A stretch of DNA of 64,000 nucleotides from Candidatus Poribacteria bacterium (GTDB lineage Bacteria > Poribacteria > WGA-4E > UBA9662), in the NCBI GenBank assembly GCA_046582655.1, contig JAYGDX010000089.1, positions 20,129 through 84,128 of the forward strand, written 5' to 3'. The notes beneath the pieces were generated by a model, which worked only from the letters and a program-made list of their open reading frames with translations, was not told where the DNA came from and ran no database searches. Shown piece by piece: positions 61,048-64,000 of the stretch. Position 1 is the first letter of the stretch. Every line of letters starts with the position of its first letter. The position numbers and the translations under genes were made by a program.

Positions 61048-62817
61048 TTATGCATCAATTTTGATTGATAATTCTTCGAGTTGGAAATCAGTGACGTCGG
61101 AAGGTGCTCCGGTCATCAGACAAGCGCCACGTTGTGTTTTTGGAAAAGCGATGACTTCACGAATATTTTCTTCTCCTAGCATCAGCATCACCAATCGGTC
61201 TAACCCCGGGGCAATTCCTGCGTGCGGCGGGGTGCCATATTGCAATGCTTCAATAAAGTATCCGAATCTCGATTCCACTTCTTCTGGAGAAATGTTCAGG
61301 TTGTTTAAAATCTTTTGCTGAATCTCCCATCTGTGAATTCTAACACTACCGCTGGCAACCTCATTTCCATTGATCACCAAATCGTAGTGTTGTGATCGGG
61401 CATTACCTGGATCAGTGTCAAGTAGTTGGATACTGTCATCAGTGGGTGCCGTGAAAAGATGGTGAGCTGGTTCATAACGATCTTCGTCTTCATTCCACTC
61501 AAATAACGGAAAATCAACAATCCATAGAAAGTCATATCGATTCTGATCAATCAGACTGAGTTTTCGACCAAGATGTAGGCGTAAATTGGAGAGGGAATCG
61601 GCAACGATCTTGGGGTTATCAGCAACAAATAACATTAAATCCCCCTGTTTCGCTCTCATTCGTTCTGCCATGGCGTTAAGAGTTTCCCCAGTAAAAAACT
61701 TGACAATTCCAGAATCAAAACCGTTCTCCATAACCTTAATCCAAGCTAGTCCTTTGGCCTGGTAAACAGCTACTAGATTCGTGAGTTCATCGATATCCCG
61801 ACGTGAGAATTGATTGGCACCATCTGGAACTGCGATCCCTTTCACTTGACCACCACTGCTTGCCACGTTTGAGAAAACTTTAAAATCACAATCGACAACC
61901 AGATCAGAGAGATCATAAAGTTCCATATCGAAGCGTGTATCAGGCTTATCTGATCCAAATCTAGACATTGCTTCTGCATATGACATTCTTTTAAATGGAA
62001 CTCCGATAGGAATATCGGCAGCTTCTTTAAAGATCCGTTTCATTAATCCTTCAGTAACCTCAATGACATCATCTTGAGTTGCGAACGACATTTCGTAATC
62101 AATTTGTGTGAATTCCAGCTGGCGGTCAGCACGAGTATCCTCATCTCGAAAACACTTGGGAATTTGAAAATACCGATCAATCCCACTCATCATTAGAATC
62201 TGCTTAAATTGCTGTGGCGACTGTGGTAAGGCATAGAATTTACCGTGATTCAACCGACTTGGTACAAGTACATCGCGGGCACCTTCTGGTGTACTGTTCA
62301 TTAGGATCGGTGTCTCGACTTCTATAAAACCTCGCTCGCTCATATAGTTTCTGCATGCCAACATGGCTTTATGTCGTGTTATCAGGATCTTCTGCATTTT
62401 GGGCCGGCGTAAATCAAGATATCTGTGCTTAAGCCGAACTTCTTCAGCAACGTTAATATCATCTTCGATAAGGAAGGGTGGGGTTTGGGCAGTATTTAGG
62501 ATTTCAAGTTGATCTACAGCGATTTCAATTTCACCCGTTGGTAAATTTGGGTTTGTCGCTCCTTCACCCCGTCCGCGGATTTTCCCGCTAACACATAATA
62601 CGAATTCATTCCGAATTTGGTTAGCCCGTTCGTGAGCCACCTGATCAATCATCGGATCAAACACAACCTGTGTGATTCCTGTTCTATCTCGGAGATCAAC
62701 GAAAATCACCCCCCCGTGGTCACGACGACGCATAACCCACCCGGTCAATCTTGCCGTTTTCCCTGCGTCAGCGAGTCGCAACTCGCCACAATAATGTGAT
62801 CGTCTCATTTCTTGCAT
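61048..62817 (-). CDS. aspS: Aspartate--tRNA ligase
   Basis: N-terminal anticodon-binding OB fold (RSHYCGELRLADAGKTARLTGWVMRRRDHGGVIFVDLRDRTGITQVV). Class II motifs FRDEDTRADRQLEFTQID, GGSVRIH and GLDRLVML. 589 aa. Confidence 0.9.
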   Translation of the reverse strand: MQEMRRSHYCGELRLADAGKTARLTGWVMRRRDHGGVIFVDLRDRTGITQVVFDPMIDQVAHERANQIRNEFVLCVSGKIRGRGEGATNPNLPTGEIEIAVDQLEILNTAQTPPFLIEDDINVAEEVRLKHRYLDLRRPKMQKILITRHKAMLACRNYMSERGFIEVETPILMNSTPEGARDVLVPSRLNHGKFYALPQSPQQFKQILMMSGIDRYFQIPKCFRDEDTRADRQLEFTQIDYEMSFATQDDVIEVTEGLMKRIFKEAADIPIGVPFKRMSYAEAMSRFGSDKPDTRFDMELYDLSDLVVDCDFKVFSNVASSGGQVKGIAVPDGANQFSRRDIDELTNLVAVYQAKGLAWIKVMENGFDSGIVKFFTGETLNAMAERMRAKQGDLMLFVADNPKIVADSLSNLRLHLGRKLSLIDQNRYDFLWIVDFPLFEWNEDEDRYEPAHHLFTAPTDDSIQLLDTDPGNARSQHYDLVINGNEVASGSVRIHRWEIQQKILNNLNISPEEVESRFGYFIEALQYGTPPHAGIAPGLDRLVMLMLGEENIREVIAFPKTQRGACLMTGAPSDVTDFQLEELSIKIDA

Positions 62818-62864
62818 TTGTCTTTTGTTTCCCTCCTAAATTTGAAACATAGAAAAATTTTCCT

Positions 62865-64000
62865 TTACATAGCACTCCAGATTTGTTGACGAAATTCTTT
62901 CAATTCCTGATCTCCTGGAACTAGCTTTATGGCTTGATTTATAGATTGCAAAGCCTGATCATATTGTTGTAGTGAGAAATGCAGTTGGGCTAAACTTATC
63001 AGAGGCTGTACAACATCAGGGGCTAACTCAATGGCCTTACGATAAAACTGAATTGCCTTTCCCTCTTGATTTTGATCAACGTGGATCGTACCAAGCAGAT
63101 AATTTACTTTCCAAGAGTCAGGTGCAGACGCAAACGCATCTTCGGCATATTTGGTCGCTTTATCTTGAAGGCCTTTCATCTGGTAAATAGAAGCCATAAC
63201 GCCCAATATCTCTGGTGGCAACTCGTTGGCAATTGCTTCAAGCCGTTCATAAGTTCCCAATGCCCGATCGATTTTTTCCTGCCGTTCATATAACGGACCA
63301 AGAAAAAGATAAAGTTCCAGTCGGTTTGGATTATACTTGAGCGATTCTTCTGCCGCATCCGATGATTTGTTCAGTTTTCCCTGCATTTCATAGATAATAG
63401 CCAGTTGGAAGTGCGTTTCTGAATCTTGTGGATTCTGCCTTAGTTTTTGCTTTAATTGCTTTTCAAGCTGCTTTATTTCTTCTTGCTGGCTTTCCTGCGT
63501 CAGGCCAAGTACCACCTGCAGGTTGTACCGAATGGTCATATCATCCTTATTAAAAGAAAATGCTTCTCCAAGTACTTGACCCGCTTTAGTATAATCCCGA
63601 CCAGTATAGGCGACCTGGCCTTCGATCAACTTTTGCGTTGCTGAAAAGTAGCGGTTAATCTGTTCGCGGATCTGCTTCTTTTCATCAAATGTTTGCCCAT
63701 AATTGGTTAACCATGATGTAACTCGTTGTCGGTATTCTGACAGCCCTTCAACATTCCTCTGCGTGGTGTTAATCAAACTTTTGGCATTGAAAAACTCAAG
63801 GTAAGGTCGATCATCTGTATGTATTTTTCCTTCCCCAGCATAGTTGCGAACTGCTTCTTCGCCCATCATGAAAGAGTCCAGCAACGACATCCCGTCAAGG
63901 TTATCGGCCTCCAATCCCTGCTGAATGCTCGGGATATTTGATCTGGCCATAAAATCTTTATAATTAATTTTCAACCGTTGTTTTGTACCAATGAGGATAA
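62865..64000 (-). CDS. TPR-repeat protein. Its N-terminus is outside the window, and the visible N-terminal part resembles the C-terminal region of spermidine-synthase-like/TPR fusion proteins.
   Basis: The frame stays open upstream of the track start to the window edge (...ILIGTKQRLKINYKDF...). It contains HTDDRPYLEF and then at least 7 TPR repeats (AxxYxxALxxxP pattern). Confidence 0.6.
   Translation of the reverse strand, partial: ILIGTKQRLKINYKDFMARSNIPSIQQGLEADNLDGMSLLDSFMMGEEAVRNYAGEGKIHTDDRPYLEFFNAKSLINTTQRNVEGLSEYRQRVTSWLTNYGQTFDEKKQIREQINRYFSATQKLIEGQVAYTGRDYTKAGQVLGEAFSFNKDDMTIRYNLQVVLGLTQESQQEEIKQLEKQLKQKLRQNPQDSETHFQLAIIYEMQGKLNKSSDAAEESLKYNPNRLELYLFLGPLYERQEKIDRALGTYERLEAIANELPPEILGVMASIYQMKGLQDKATKYAEDAFASAPDSWKVNYLLGTIHVDQNQEGKAIQFYRKAIELAPDVVQPLISLAQLHFSLQQYDQALQSINQAIKLVPGDQELKEFRQQIWSAM

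Overview
This 64 kb window reads as bacterial chromosome with the standard genetic code. TGA is an ordinary stop at 23825 and 24610, and many genes start on ATG, GTG or TTG. The composition is fairly AT-rich and the genes are densely packed with no large gaps. Predicted lipoproteins, surface proteins and a FlgD-Ig-type C-terminal domain suggest a Gram-negative organism, possibly an uncultivated lineage; I cannot name the taxon from sequence alone. The window holds about 45 protein-coding genes. Housekeeping genes: DnaJ-like chaperone, nusB, rpsU, rsmB, RumA-like RNA methyltransferase, sat, tgt, uvrC, mazG and aspS. Transport, redox and surface genes: OppD/F-like ABC ATPases and an OppA-like binding lipoprotein, an SDR, a Gfo/Idh/MocA oxidoreductase, an MBL hydrolase, a PhyH dioxygenase, a GT1 glycosyltransferase, and PQQ and NHL beta-propeller proteins. 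I found no rRNA, tRNA or CRISPR arrays. The most notable features: (1) Two candidate selenoproteins. One is a fused tandem peroxiredoxin with in-frame TGA at the peroxidatic-Cys position of both halves (48277..49182). The other is a lipoprotein redoxin with a U-x-x-C motif whose TGA is followed 14 nt later by a perfect 7-bp hairpin (25747..26835). (2) A co-directional, tightly spaced minus-strand array: a cytoplasmic AAA+ ATPase carrying Ig-like domains, a 1925-aa repetitive surface protein, OppD-like and OppF-like ATPases, a DUF4956 membrane protein, a CotH-family kinase with a beta-helix, a VTC (polyphosphate-polymerase-like) domain protein, and an OppA-like lipoprotein. This looks like a candidate polyphosphate/CotH surface-modification module embedded in a peptide-ABC operon. 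(3) An unusually high density of decayed genes: an IS5-family transposase remnant, an NHLRC2-like remnant, a two-domain sugar-ABC ATPase, purU (frameshift plus amber codon), and a ~4 kb propeller/Ig/FlgD-Ig surface-protein gene broken into at least six pieces. These are either genuine gene decay or assembly error. Coordinates I derived myself, rather than took from the ORF track, may be off by a few nucleotides.
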